NCBI GenBank assembly: GCA_950097015.1
Contig: CATNEN010000039.1
Location: 11,346,001-11,410,000 of the forward strand
From: Macrostomum hystrix
Lineage: Eukaryota > Animalia > Platyhelminthes
Length of the DNA stretch: 64,000 nt
Reading direction: 5' to 3'
Below are positions 1 through 13,392 of this stretch, in pieces (the first letter of the stretch is position 1; every line of letters starts with the position of its first letter). A program made the translations under genes and the position numbers. The notes under the pieces are model-generated. The model was not told where the DNA came from and made no database searches. It was given only the letters and a program-made list of their open reading frames with translations.

Positions 1-1321
<1,321 letters not shown>

Positions 1322-2545
1322 ACTTAATTCCTGTGATAAATTTAACTGAATCATTGTCAAAACTAGATGGGAGATGTTCCTGCTTCTCTTGATGGCCCTT
1401 TTATTGTTAATTATCATCGCGAAATGCTCATATTTAAATAAATAAGTCATTTAAAGACATTCCTGAAACTCTAAAAAATCAACGTGCACTGTTCACTCAA
1501 AAGCTGCCTGTTTAAGAAGTATGAAGTTTAAAGAATGAGATCATAGAGCGCGGGAATTGTACTTTAGGCGCAACCCGCAATTAGTTAAACAAAAATAGTC
1601 GTCCGTATTTTTCAGCTCTTTCAAATTTTAATATTTTGAATAGAAATAGAAATGTAAAAAAATCTGAAAAAATCTAGATTATAAAAGGCGTCTTAAAAGA
1701 ATGGCAAATATTCAGCTTGCACTTTAGTGTCTGGCGCGCCGCCATGAACTGTGAGGTGGCCTTTATATTACATTTTATGTCAGAAGAGCTTAACCAGAGT
1801 GTATAATTATTTTGTTTTAATTGATTGCGGACTCGTACGTAGTTGGCTGCTCAGTGTTCCATTGCACCGGCCGCTTATCTCACGCTTCTCATCGGGCCGC
1901 GCAGTCCAGCCTCTGCCAACCAAACCCTCCGTCGTCTAGTCTCTGAGGCCCAGTCTCTTGTAATTAGACATGTATTAGCTTCAACCGGTAACAATGGAAT
2001 AAATGCCTGTCTTATTTTGGAGGGCTGCAGCCGCTGCGGCTAGAGCCTGCGACAGAAGCTAAGTTGGCAATCGGGACTGAGCTTCTCAGCTCTTCTGCTC
2101 TCTTTTCTGCCCGGCGCCTCACTCCTAGAGTATATATTCTATTGTGAGGCGCTCAATTGAAGCCATTGGCGCCTGTGAGAGAGAGGTGGATGGGCCAGGC
2201 TACACCACAGCTGTAGAAGGTGGCCTCATCAAATTTTGATTTGAACAAGGCATGCCTTGCTGCATCCGACCCCGACAGTGCTGGCCCCCCCCGTCGCAGC
2301 ATCGGGACACTTTTCCGGGCACAAAGCTCAACGCCTGCTATAACTGCTCGTTTGACACGGTTTTTAGCTAGCTAGGCGGACAAAAGCCTATCGCACTGCA
2401 ACAGAAGACTACAAAACCTGAGCAGTAATAAAACCAGTACAACAGCTGAATAAAGAACGCCAAGCAGACAGAACAGGCGAAGTCTGGGCCTCTCTATCAA
2501 AACCCTTAATAGCCGACTGACCGAGCTCCGAAGACTTGAGCCCCG

Positions 2546-3822
2546 ATGGCAAAGTGGGCGAACACCGATGACACATCCAGCGTGGTGCCGTTTGTGAAAA
2601 TTGACTCGTGCGAACAGCTGGAAGAGACCTACAAGTTTGGCGACAAGCTGGGCGAGGGCGCGTTCGGCAGTGTTCTACTGGCATTGCGCATCACCGACGG
2701 GCACAGGTTCGCGGTGAAGAAGGTGCGTCCTGACATTGCGGAGTAATATTTTCTAACCCGTTGTTAATTTTGGTATTTTCAAAGAATATTAGCGAAACAT
2801 TTTACTCTTCTGATGATTTGGAAGTCTAAATTAAAGTTTGTAATGTTCTCAATGCGTAAAATACATCCCCGAAAATCTCTCAATAGATGGTAAAGAAGAA
2901 GGACCCGAAGACTCAGTACGGCAAGTCGTGGGAGAACGAGATTCACGTTCTCAGCCGGCACCGCCATCCGAACATTGTTTCCGTGGATGCGATCTACGAA
3001 TCTGAGAACAGCTGCTACCTGTTCATGGAGCTGTGCGACGCTGGCAACCTGGCGGACGAGCTGCAGCGTCGAAAACGATTCGCAGAGCAGGACGCCAAGT
3101 GCATCTTGCGACAGCTCGGCAGTGCCCTCAGCTACCTGCACCGGCACCGAGTCGTGCACCGCGACCTGAAGCTGCAGAATTGCCTGCTGAAGAGAGTCGC
3201 CGCAAGCTCAATGCCAGATGGCAGCAGTCCGCGCCTCTGCCGCCGACGCGGCGACACCACGCTGGGTCGGAAGGAATCGCCCGCAGCGCATCCGTGTCCG
3301 TTTGTGGTGAAGCTCACTGACTTCGGCCTGTCAATTGAATTGCGCGTCTCCGACCAGTCACTGGGTGACAATGTCGGCACTCCGGCCTATCAGGTGACCA
3401 TCTTGACATTTCACCCTCTCTCAGCATTCAAGCCGTCAATGCGAAATATTGCACAATTGCAGGCACCCGAGATCGTGAGCTGCAGCAGTTACACCGAGAA
3501 GTGTGACGTGTGGTCTCTGGGCATAATTCTGTACTGCCTGGTGCACGGCAGCCTGCCCTACGCTAGCCGTTCTGAGGCCGATCTGGTCGACGCCATCAGA
3601 GCGTTCGACTACGGCAGGCACTGCAGCGCCTGCCAGATCTGCACGGCACTCAGCGCTGAGTGTCGCGACGCTCTGAGCCACCTGCTGGTGCAGTCACCGG
3701 TGGACCGCTGGTCCAGCTCAGAGTTTATGGCTTCAGGCTGGGTTACTGAGCAGGCGGGCGGAGCAGGGGAGAGTAACATCTTCGCCATGATGCGGGACAT
3801 GAACCGGACGAGGGACAAGTAG
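2546..3822 (+). CDS. STK33: CAMK-group Ser/Thr kinase, STK33-like (3 exons)
   Basis: Exons 2546-2722, 2887-3393 and 3463-3822, all phase 0 with GT..AG introns. Motifs: GEGAFG, AVK, HRDLKLQN, DFG, GTPAYQ|APE, DVWSLG. The N-terminal VPFVKIDS..LEETYKFG and C-terminal NIFAMMRD resemble STK33-specific segments as I recall them. Confidence 0.85.
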
Positions 3823-3879
3823 GGCGCATCGGACAGACGAGAATATTTTTTTTTAAGTTAAACAAGAGACGCGAATTAG

Positions 3880-4491
3880 CAGAAGAAAGACCTTGGGGGT
3901 ATTTCAAAAGCCCACGTATTCTGGACTCGTATATCACAAATATTCAACATATCGCCATGACTCCTACTACTATCCAGAAAAAGGACTAAAATTCGCAGCT
4001 CTATTCGCTGAAACAACTTTCAGAATCAAAACATCGGCATCGTCGAGATATTCAACGATTCTCGTCGGGGGTGTCAGGAGGCAAAAACATTTAATACGAG
4101 CCGTAAAAGCATAATTTCTGTGCTCTCAAAATTTTTTAATGTAGCCGTGTCGGCTATTATTGCTGGTTGTATTGTATTGATAATTTTTTATGCTTATGTC
4201 ATTGAATCAAAACGGATTCCCTTATAGAGGCTTATTTAGAGCAGTGTTAGTTGTTCTTGACACAGGGGGTTTTCTACTATAATCGCTGATTATCTCGACG
4301 ATACTGCCGTAGGACGGCTTTGAAAGTTAGTTCATCGTAAAGGGCGGAAAATTTTTATTTACTTTGACGATCCACATTGAGGTGACGACAATTGGTCATT
4401 CGGTTTGGGAGCTATCTTGAATAGGGCTGCAGTATTTAAACTACCCCCGCGGCTTTCCCAGGGAGCGAGGAATAGCGAGGTCTTTCTACTG
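3880..4491. mobile_element. MITE-like non-autonomous DNA element, copy 1
   Basis: Ends CAGAAGAAAGACC (3880-3892) and GGTCTTTCTACTG (4479-4491), plus internal inverted TCGTCGAGATA blocks. A homologous copy lies inverted at 41399-41889. TSD not clear. Confidence 0.7.
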
Positions 4492-6278
4492 TTGATAGCA
4501 TATTGCTGGTTGCTAATTTAACATTTAGTCAGGTGTTGCTTACGATTTGATTTGATAACTGTGACTAAAAGCCACGTGACAGTGACGTGAAATTATGAAA
4601 TTTCAGCCTTGCCAGTTTTTTTTGTTTTAGTGCGAATTTGACATACCGCAGCATAATTTTAAATTGCGTTCTCTGTGTGATCAAAATAGTAGTTTTATCA
4701 AAGCTTGCCATGAACAGTTTACTGAGTGCCCACTAGCCTAAATGCTTCTTAGTGAATGTTGTGTTCTGATCTCACCTTAACTCTGTCTCTGTCTTGTGGA
4801 TGAAGAACAATTATAAAGATTTGCTAAGTTGACTCATTTTGTAATACTTATTTAGCACATTAAAGTTAGGAAGCAGTCTTCTAGCACCTAATGGAGTTAC
4901 TGAAAGCTGACCTCTTCAATGCCTGTTTGTATAGCGCCATGCAGTTGCTATGGCGAGTTTCTAGCCGCGATCTCGTCATTGCCTTAACAATGGCTAAGCC
5001 GTCAATGCCTGAATAGCTCAACATGCTATAGAAACGCAAGTCAGGAGCTGAACAAGCGACCCACAATAGCAAGTCATACAGAATAAAGATTCTTTGAAAG
5101 CTGCAACTATAAAAGCAAAATACCTTTACTGTCGGTCCCTAAAGTAGCTTCTGTATGTCTGCTGAGCATGGACTCAAGCGTAAGTACGGCAGGCAGCACT
5201 GCATACGTGGCCAGTGCCTCGAGGCATTGAGTCGGCAGTTGCGGTGTAGTCCCAGAGTGACGTAGCACAGCAATAGCCTTCAACCGCTGACTGCCTGGCT
5301 TACCTGGCCGCCATGCGGGAGAGTCTTCGGCGCGGGCGCGGACAGCGCCAGCCACGGCAGCGCGAAAGCATCGGGGATGATCAGCAGCCGAACTCAGGAT
5401 GAAAGAAAACATTTTGGTTTGAACTATTCCAAAACTTTTGAGTGTTGGTAGAAAATGTACAAATTTACTGTTAGGTCTGTTAGGAAGAAGTTATTTGACA
5501 TTGTGATGTTTTTCGTGAAAATATACTCCACTTTCAGGACTCCACAGAGACACAATGACAGCTGTTAACCAGCAACAAATTTTTTGCTAAAATTGCTTAA
5601 CTTGCTACTGATGAAAGACAGCAGTAGTACATTTAGCGCTGTTGGCATTTTACGCGTCAATTATCATCAGTTTGAGAACGAGCTGCTCGCGGACTCTCGC
5701 ATTAGGAAGAAAGTTTGCCCACCCAGCCTCCACATTCCATCATAGTGCAAGCAAAATGGCATGAAGCCATACATCTGCATTTGTCGCTCCATGCATTAAC
5801 ACTAAGCCAGAGCTGAGAGAAGCAATGTCCACACTCGCTCACGCACCACTGAATCCATTCGCAATTAGAGACGAGAAGATCCTGGCGAGGCCGCGACGCT
5901 GTTTACTCAACGGCCTGGTTTGGTGAGGCTGCTGTGACCGGCAGGGAAGCATTTCAGTGCAAATTTGCACTTCGCCGATCGCACGGTTGCGGATGCTTTG
6001 CAGATTTCTGCTTAGGAAAACACAACAATCCCTTGATTTTCGTATCTGCCGGCCTTCTTAGCTTCGTGTGTAAAAAGCGGAGAAGGATTTGAGTCGTAAT
6101 TCGAATCTTTAAGGATCCCAACGGGGCCACAAAAAGTGCACGCCGGTTGCGAGATCGAGATCAAACTAGATCAAGAAACGACAACATATTTTTCTCAGCC
6201 TTATCAGCAACATCAAGCCTGCAGATCTATGCTACTCCATCTTCCTCCTCTAGAAGTACATACCAAATTGTACTCAAA

Positions 6279-8547
6279 TGTCCTCGTGGTCAAGACGGTG
6301 AGCCGCGCTTCACTGCTGCGGCGGCCAACAGCGGCAGGACAAAGCGGGGGCAGCGGAGCGCGCACCGGCGAGTTGAACGCCGACGCGAGCGACACCGGCG
6401 AGGCCGGCAACGTGGCGCCGCGGCGCCGAGCTGCTGCTATGCGAGTCTATCTGGGTCTTCCGGGTGTCGCCGGAGACCATGAGGCTCAATACTACCGAGC
6501 CCCAGCTGTACCACAGGGCACACTCCGAGTCGGGACGCTGAACTGCCGCACTCTCAAGGCCGCCTGGCGGAGAGGGTTGCTGGCGAAGCTAGCGCTTGAC
6601 CTCAGCTGTGATGTCATCGCATCGACGACCCCGCGATTCAGCAAGCGAGGGAAGATCTGGATAAGCTCCGCCTGACCAGGCGACCTACTCGCGAGGCGGA
6701 GGAGGCTCTGGCGACTGTCTATCTGAAGCGGCAGCAGGCCGCAGTTGATGAAGCTGTCCAGGCCGTCTCTGCCGCTGGGCCCGACGCCAGAGGGCGCGTG
6801 GCCTGGTCCGCCATTAATGCTCTGACAGGCCGGAAGCGGCGCATCCAACTGAATCTGGCAGGCGACACTGCAGATGAGCGCAGGAACGAGCTACGCGAGT
6901 TCTTCGCCGCCATAGTCAACGCGCCGCCACCCCCCGCTGCCCAACATCCTGACGCTGCCGCCAGAGACGCCGTAGCCGTTAGAGGACAGTTTTAATGTTG
7001 TACCAGTCACCATGGCTGAAGTCGTGATGCTCGCCCAGAAGACGCCGGGCGGCAAGGCGCTGGGTCCGGACGAGGTGCCCATCGAGGCGCATCCACTGTG
7101 TGGCCAGTGAGGTCGCCCGTGTGATGAACCGCGTGCTCTTCGGTGAAGTGGCACCTACTGAGTGGACCATGGCGCACATCATCGCCATTCCAATGAAGCC
7201 GGGCTCTACACGGTTAGACGAGCACCGAGGCATCTGCTTGCAATCCTGTGTTGCGAAGTTGTTCAACCAGATGCTGCTATCGCGGTTGAACCCGTGCTGT
7301 ATCCCTACCTGCAACCTGAGCAGAATGGGTTTCGGCCCCACCGTGGCACAGTGACGTAGATCCTAGCTCTTCGCCGAACCATCGAGGAGGCGCGCACGCG
7401 CTACTTGGACCTGATTGTTGTCTTCATTGACTTCTTGAAGGCATTCGACTCGGTTGCGAGGGCTGCGCTCCCACATGTGCTCCGCGCGTACCATGTGCCA
7501 GAACAGCTAAGCTCCGCCATCATGGCGTTGTACTGTGCTACGAGAGCAGCTGTGATGACGCCGGACGGCCTTTCGGACTCCTTCGAGACATCCTCCGGGG
7601 TGCTCCAGGGGGACACTCTAGCGCCATTCCTGTTCGTCCTGGTGCTTGACTGGGTGCTACGAACTGCTCTTCCTACCGACGAAGACGGCTTCCTACTGCG
7701 GCGACGCGTGGGTCGACGTCAACCGGAGAAACGGCTCAGCGTGCTTGGCTACGCCGATGACCTCGCCCTGCTGTCCTCTACCGTAGAGGGCGCTCAGCGC
7801 CAGCTGGACAAGCTGGTTAGCACTGCAGCGAGTGTCGGCCTGTTGGTCAACACGAAGAAGACCGTTGTGCTCTGCGTGCCGGGCGACATCGAGGCCGCAA
7901 TTTTCTGCCGAGGCGCTGACGGGCAGGTAACTCGGCCCGCTGTCAGCAGTTCGTCTACCTCGGCGGTCTGGTACCCGGCGTCCGCGAAGATCTGCGGCGT
8001 CGCCGCCGGTACGCTTGGGCTGCCTTTCGTTCTGTGAGGGCGGTCCTGCAGTCCGAGGCCCTACCTGATCGCTGGAGGGCGGCGTTGTTCCAGGCGGTGA
8101 TCGAGACCGTCCTGTTGTACAACGCCGAGACCTGGACGCTGACGGATTCGCTCGAGCAGCAAGTCAATGCGGCGCACGCTGGCCTGCTACGCGCCGCCTT
8201 TAAGATCAGCGACGAGCGGATCACTAACGCGGCACTCTATCACCGCGCCGGCCTGGCCCGTCTAAGTGAACTGCTGCGACTTCGGCGACTCCAGCTGGCA
8301 GGCCATATCATCCGCGCCGAGTCTTACTGCCCGCAGCCGGTGCAGGAGGTGCTGCTGCTAACCCTGCAGGCACCCTACCGGCGCGGCCAGGCCCGAACTC
8401 GGCGTTTCGTCGACTGCCTGCTGGCCGATGCTGGCGCCCCGGACACTGCCGGCGGTGCGGCCTTTGTTCGCGCCCAGGCTCTGAAGCGTGCACTGTGACG
8501 CTGCCTTTTCCACCTGACAGCGTATTTTGTTGTTGTTGTTGTTGTTT
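6279..8547 (+). mobile_element. Non-LTR retrotransposon (RTE-type LINE), internally deleted and frameshifted
   Basis: APE endonuclease start LRVGTLNCRTL...CDVIA breaks at ~6620. RT motifs: EQNGFRP, FIDFLKAFDSV, GVLQGDTLAPFLF, GYADD, and C-terminal LLYNAETWTLT. Premature TAG at 7357-7359 and several frameshifts. (TTG)n tail at ~8527-8547. TSD TACTCAAA at 6271-6278 and 8548-8555. Confidence 0.93.
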
Positions 8548-8567
8548 TACTCAAAGTTTCTAAGCTA

Positions 8568-8720
8568 GGTATTGTAGCCAATTAATGTCTTGAGCATCGG
8601 ATTAACGGTTTGAAGATCCGAGGTTCGATTCCAGAGTTCACTGTCACCATGTGTTTCCTTTTGCAAGGCGCTTAATTCTGCATCAGCTTCAGTTCACCCA
8701 GCTGTTAAATGGTATTGAGG
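8568..8720 (+). mobile_element. tRNA-derived SINE with CORE-like central domain (degenerate)
   Basis: B-box GGTTCGATTCC at 8622-8632. It is followed by TGTGTTTCCTTTTGCAAGGCGCTTAA..GCTTCAGTTCACCCAGCTGTTAAATGG, which resembles the MIR/CORE consensus TGTGACCTTGGGCAAGTCACTTAAC..CCTCAGTTTCCTCATCTGTAAAATGG. Confidence 0.6.
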
Positions 8721-11693
8721 GTGGGTGTGCCGTCCCTCCCCAGTCCATGGACTGAACAGCCGTACGCAGTCAGTGCTGTGGCTGTGCTGTCTTTAGGAAA
8801 TGTGGCCTAACCCTTGCATGTGTGATCAATTATTTTTAGTTACTTTATTATTCGTTATTAGATTAAGCTTTGGCTTGAGATCAAATATCAATCAGTTTAA
8901 CTATATAAATTGTACTCCACAGAATCTCAACAATGAGTCTTCTACCGCAGTCTCGGCCATTCATTATGGCCAAGCTTTGATAAAACCCGGTATTTCAGTC
9001 AGTCTTATTCTTGAATAAGAAATATTTTTTTTCTTCTTCCGAGTCACTCTTCGCAATATTTCACACGCAGCTTCCTGCTAGGAAATTTTTTTTCCAATTT
9101 TTCTTAGCTATTTTAGATTCTCTTTCGAGTCCAAAGATGATGAAGCAATTTGATTACTCTGCGAGGAATTTGAGAGCCGTATGATGAAGCATATTCATTT
9201 TTTCGTTTAGCAGAAACGTTCTTTTTCATCGCGACTTCTCACTGCTTCTCTGGCGAGAGTTTTCAATCAAATCTAACTAATATAAAGTGCAGAATATAAC
9301 CTGATCTATGCCACGACAGCTGGCTAGTCTGGCGATTCTTTGAATTCTTGCAAATTTTATCGATCCATATTCATTAATAGTTTTTCAACTTTCAAAATTC
9401 TGAGGACAATTATTTTCTCGTTAGCATATTTTGCTATTTTCTCGAAGCTTTCTAGACGCCGTGAATATGGCCTTGCCGCCGAATCCAGCTCAGAAACCTT
9501 GGTGCGAGAGGCATCAGAACTCTCTGGTCAGAACCCATGACACAACAGTCTGGTATGGGAGAGTCTCAACAAATGAATCCTATAGCAAAAGCGGCGATGT
9601 GAGGTAATGAGGTGCGCATCGATGAGACGAAGTTATCGCGTCGCTGAGCAGAGGTGAGCAAAGTCGGCTCACCTCCCCATAGATGAACTCAAATGAAAAG
9701 ACGCCGGCTGTGATAATTAAAAAGCGCAGATCCAGATGCTGCTATTTACCTCGGATAATTTCGCTTCGCGAATCTAATGGGATATAGGACTATAGAAACC
9801 CGAGATACACGTGGAAAATCCTCTCTCCACGTTAATAATTTTGCTGCTGGTCGAAATTATTTGATCCGCCATAATGTTGCAGCTCGAGGGCTAGGTCAAC
9901 CCAAGGTCTCAAATTTCCACACACCCAGTCACGCCCTCTGCTCAAGGTTGTGCGCAGAGCTGTCACCTAATTAGCGATCCTTGTAGCTTTTCAGGAAAAT
10001 GCTTTTTTGACATTGACAAGTGACTCCCGAATCCCCGGAATCAGAATTCGTTATTTACGCTCATAGAAGATCAATAAATTGATAGATAATAAGGGTCCGT
10101 AATGAGCCGTGGATGCAGAGCGGAATTTCCAAGGTGAGGCCAATGAAATTGTACCATAGACAACATAAAAACTATACAGGTGGTACCGAAAGAAAAGAAA
10201 ATGATTGAAATTTTATGCAACTGAACGATTCTGTAATACAACAATTAGTTATAGTATGTGACTTTTACATCTCCATCACATTTATCTGGCAAAACATGTT
10301 TAGGAAATAAGAAGCACTCACCCGATATTACAGCTGCTCGAGTACGCCAGGCCTGTAATTATTGCGATCCCTTTCTCTGCTGGAACAAAACAATCTCCTG
10401 TCACTCTGCAGCTAAGAGGAAATCACACAGAAACAGAAGCTCTCAACTAACAGGAGAAGCGAAAACTATAGAAGTGTACTCACATGGGAAAGAGCGAGCT
10501 GCGGAGACACAGTTGAACAAGCAAGCCGTCACGCCATCTGCTTCCGTTAACACTCGATTCTACTGTCAGCTATACCCGCTGCATTTCGCGCTATTGCCCA
10601 AGCGTCTATCAGTATCATTCGCCGAGAAAAGCTTCACCGCCTCACTAATCATGCCTATAAACTTCGGAGAATGTTAAAACCGTTTGCCAATTTCATTCTT
10701 TCATATTCGCATGTGCTTCACTTCTGAAAGACTGGCTCATTTTTACAGAAATTTTCGCACGGGAACTTTTTTTAAAGGACTTTTTTGACAAAGCAGAGTT
10801 CGCTTGGGTTCTTGAGTTCCTCTTCAGATGTTGAGAGCAAAATTGAATAAGGAACATGATGGAGTGCCAGACTGAAATGCCTTCGCCCTCGAGGCAAGCT
10901 TTGAAATGTATCACAGGATGTTTTTAGTCTCCAAGCAAAGAGAGCGCAGAGGCAGTGGAGGCTAAAGTATTCGATAATGAAGAGAAAACAGAAAGGCAGA
11001 CGAGCTCAAAGCGATGCAAATCTGTCCTGTCATCGATATGCTCAAGACCCGGAGCAACTTTCTTCTCCTTTGAGCATTCGGTGGAGATAGCAAAGTGCTT
11101 GGGCTTTGACTGAAGCAGTGTCAGCTTTAATAGCCTGGTTTGAAATTCAGCCAGTTTCATACAACTGCCGCAGGCTGATGGGAGTGTAATCCCATGCTGA
11201 ATATGGATGAATAACTATTGTGCACTTGTATAGGGCACATCTAAAATACTCGCGTGTGCGTGCGTATGAAAATTTGCCTATCTGAATAAATGTACTTTTA
11301 TTATTCATTCTTGTAAATGCACTATAAATATAGTGTTTAGTTATGGGCGAGCCCTGCAATCTGTAGCGTTTTTTCTAAGAAGCAGTTCTCGAGATCTCGC
11401 AGGAGGTACGCTTAATGGAACAGTTCCATCGAGAACTGGGACAGTTTTTTGGCTAAGAATGTTGCGGTGTCATTGATACCAGTGCTGAGGCTTATTCCGT
11501 TGGTTATTTGTGACAATGGTGCATTCAGTTTATCATACACGTACAGTATTGGGACACATAAGCACCTCTGCCCACAAACGACAATACTCCTGCAAAGTGA
11601 AGCTTGATTATGCAGTATTAATTGGTTCAGTTTTATACTTGTATTTTGCAGCATGCAGGGTACATGCGCTTGCATACAATTAAAACGTCTTAA

Positions 11694-11904
11694 TCATGGT
11701 ATAGACGTCATGGTATAGACGTCATGGTATAGACGTCATGGTATAGACGTCATGGTATAGACGTCATGGTATAGACGTCATGATATAGACGTCATGGTAT
11801 AGACGTCATGGTATAGACATCATGGTATAGACGTCATGATATAGACGTCATGGTATAGACGTCATGGTATAGACGTCATGGTATAGACGTCATGGTATAG
11901 ACGT
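11694..11904. repeat. 14-bp minisatellite (TCATGGTATAGACG) x~15
   Basis: Near-perfect tandem copies read directly from the sequence. Confidence 0.97.
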
Positions 11905-12780
11905 ACGAGTATTTAAAGTGGTATACGCACTTTAACTTTTTAATCATCATGTGTAGCGATCAGTAGGTGCCAACTTTACAATTCACGAACTTCAAGACGT
12001 CTACACAACACAAATGCTCAGCACAAATGAGAGCATTGCCTCGCATCACGAACACACGCCATGCATGGGTAGAAAGTCGATAGAAAGTCGACGAGTATTG
12101 AGTGACAAAATAATTAGCCGAATTACTTTCCATCAGGTTCGACCTGAGGTCTCGGATGAACCCGTCATGCTGGTTCGAATCGCCGCTCGAGGATCATGTG
12201 AAACAGTCCGAGGCCTTCGATCAAAAGCGTAATACGATCAACTTTCGTTATTGACGTCAAACGTCAAACTAAATGGAACGAAACATTAAAAAACTGATTC
12301 CAGTGCAATTGGTATTCTTGTAATTTATATTTTGATAATAACTGGTAAAGCTGAGATATGAACAGTGAAAAGTTAAAAAATATGAACTCAATTTCGTGTG
12401 AAAACGAAATTCGCGTTTGAGTTTATTTAAAACTGCCGGTAAGGAAGGGCTTTTTACGTTTATTATTCTTTTTCTCCTGTTCCTGTCCGTTACTGTACTG
12501 TGTAGGTTAAATACTTACATTAAAACTGCTTGCATACTGACAAAAAGCTACAACGAAGCTCTGACTTATTTCTACAATTCTTACTGAAGTATTTCTAGCT
12601 CGTAGAAAAAAATGACTGCAGCCGAGGAATAAAATGTTTGAAACTAAAATTAAAACTTCCATTGCTCATATTTTTAGAGCGAAAACAGTCACAATACAGT
12701 GGTAGCTAACAAACTGAAATATAATTAAACTCTACTGCGCAATGTGTTAAGTAATAACAAGGTCATCTTTTCCTTTAGAT

Positions 12781-13392
12781 CTAATTTTCTATTGGCTCCT
12801 CCGTCACGACCACAACACGCTGAGTCGATTCCACCGCCGCGCCTGGAGTCTCATCGTCGGCATTAGGCTCGAGCTCCTCGCTGGCTCCGCCGGCCAGCAG
12901 CAGGGCGGCCGCCTGGTATTGATGGCAGTGCAGCTTCCGCTTCATGAGAAACTCTCGCCGATGCTGTCGCTCCTCCTCCGTCAACCCAGCTTCCTCAGCG
13001 TCGGCATCGTGCTGCGGATCGTCGGACGACGATAGCCGTTCGCTGACCATCAGGACTTGGCCGCCGCTCTCACCATCGTCGTCGTCGTCAACTTCGTCAG
13101 CGGCGGTTGGAACAGAGACCGGTGGACCGGAGGGAACAGCAGCAATTATGGCAACGTCGCTGAAGCTCGTCCGTCGGCGTTGGGCTGCGCCAGGAGGCCA
13201 CTGTTCCGGCGCTCGAAGCCGCTGATTTGGCGAGTTTGAATGCAAGGAGTTGCTTTCGTCAACAGCGCTTGCAGCCGGAGGTGATCTCAATGGCTCAACA
13301 CTAATACAAGCGATTGTAGTAGGCGTTTTGTCAAAGCTGCCCCGATGTTTTAGAATTCCCTTCTTTTTCGGCTGATACATATTACTCGACAT
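12781..13392 (-). CDS. Protein phosphatase 1 inhibitor-2 (PPP1R2)-like protein, divergent, single coding exon, 203 aa
   Basis: N-terminal KKKGILK (SILK/GILK motif), an acidic tract, and LTEEERQHRREFLMKRKLHCHQ, which matches the I-2 helix LSPEEREKKRQFEMKRKLHYNE. A strong acceptor at 13427-13428 suggests a 5'UTR intron or a trans-splice site. Confidence 0.75.
   Translation of the reverse strand: MSSNMYQPKKKGILKHRGSFDKTPTTIACISVEPLRSPPAASAVDESNSLHSNSPNQRLRAPEQWPPGAAQRRRTSFSDVAIIAAVPSGPPVSVPTAADEVDDDDDGESGGQVLMVSERLSSSDDPQHDADAEEAGLTEEERQHRREFLMKRKLHCHQYQAAALLLAGGASEELEPNADDETPGAAVESTQRVVVVTEEPIEN

Noticed and set aside
5107-5412. GC-rich 101-aa minus-strand ORF
   Set aside because: May be a retroelement remnant, but there is no motif I can support.
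8800-11675. Several 60-140 aa ORFs between the LINE and the I-2-like gene
   Set aside because: No motifs, no coding-like composition and no consistent splice chain.
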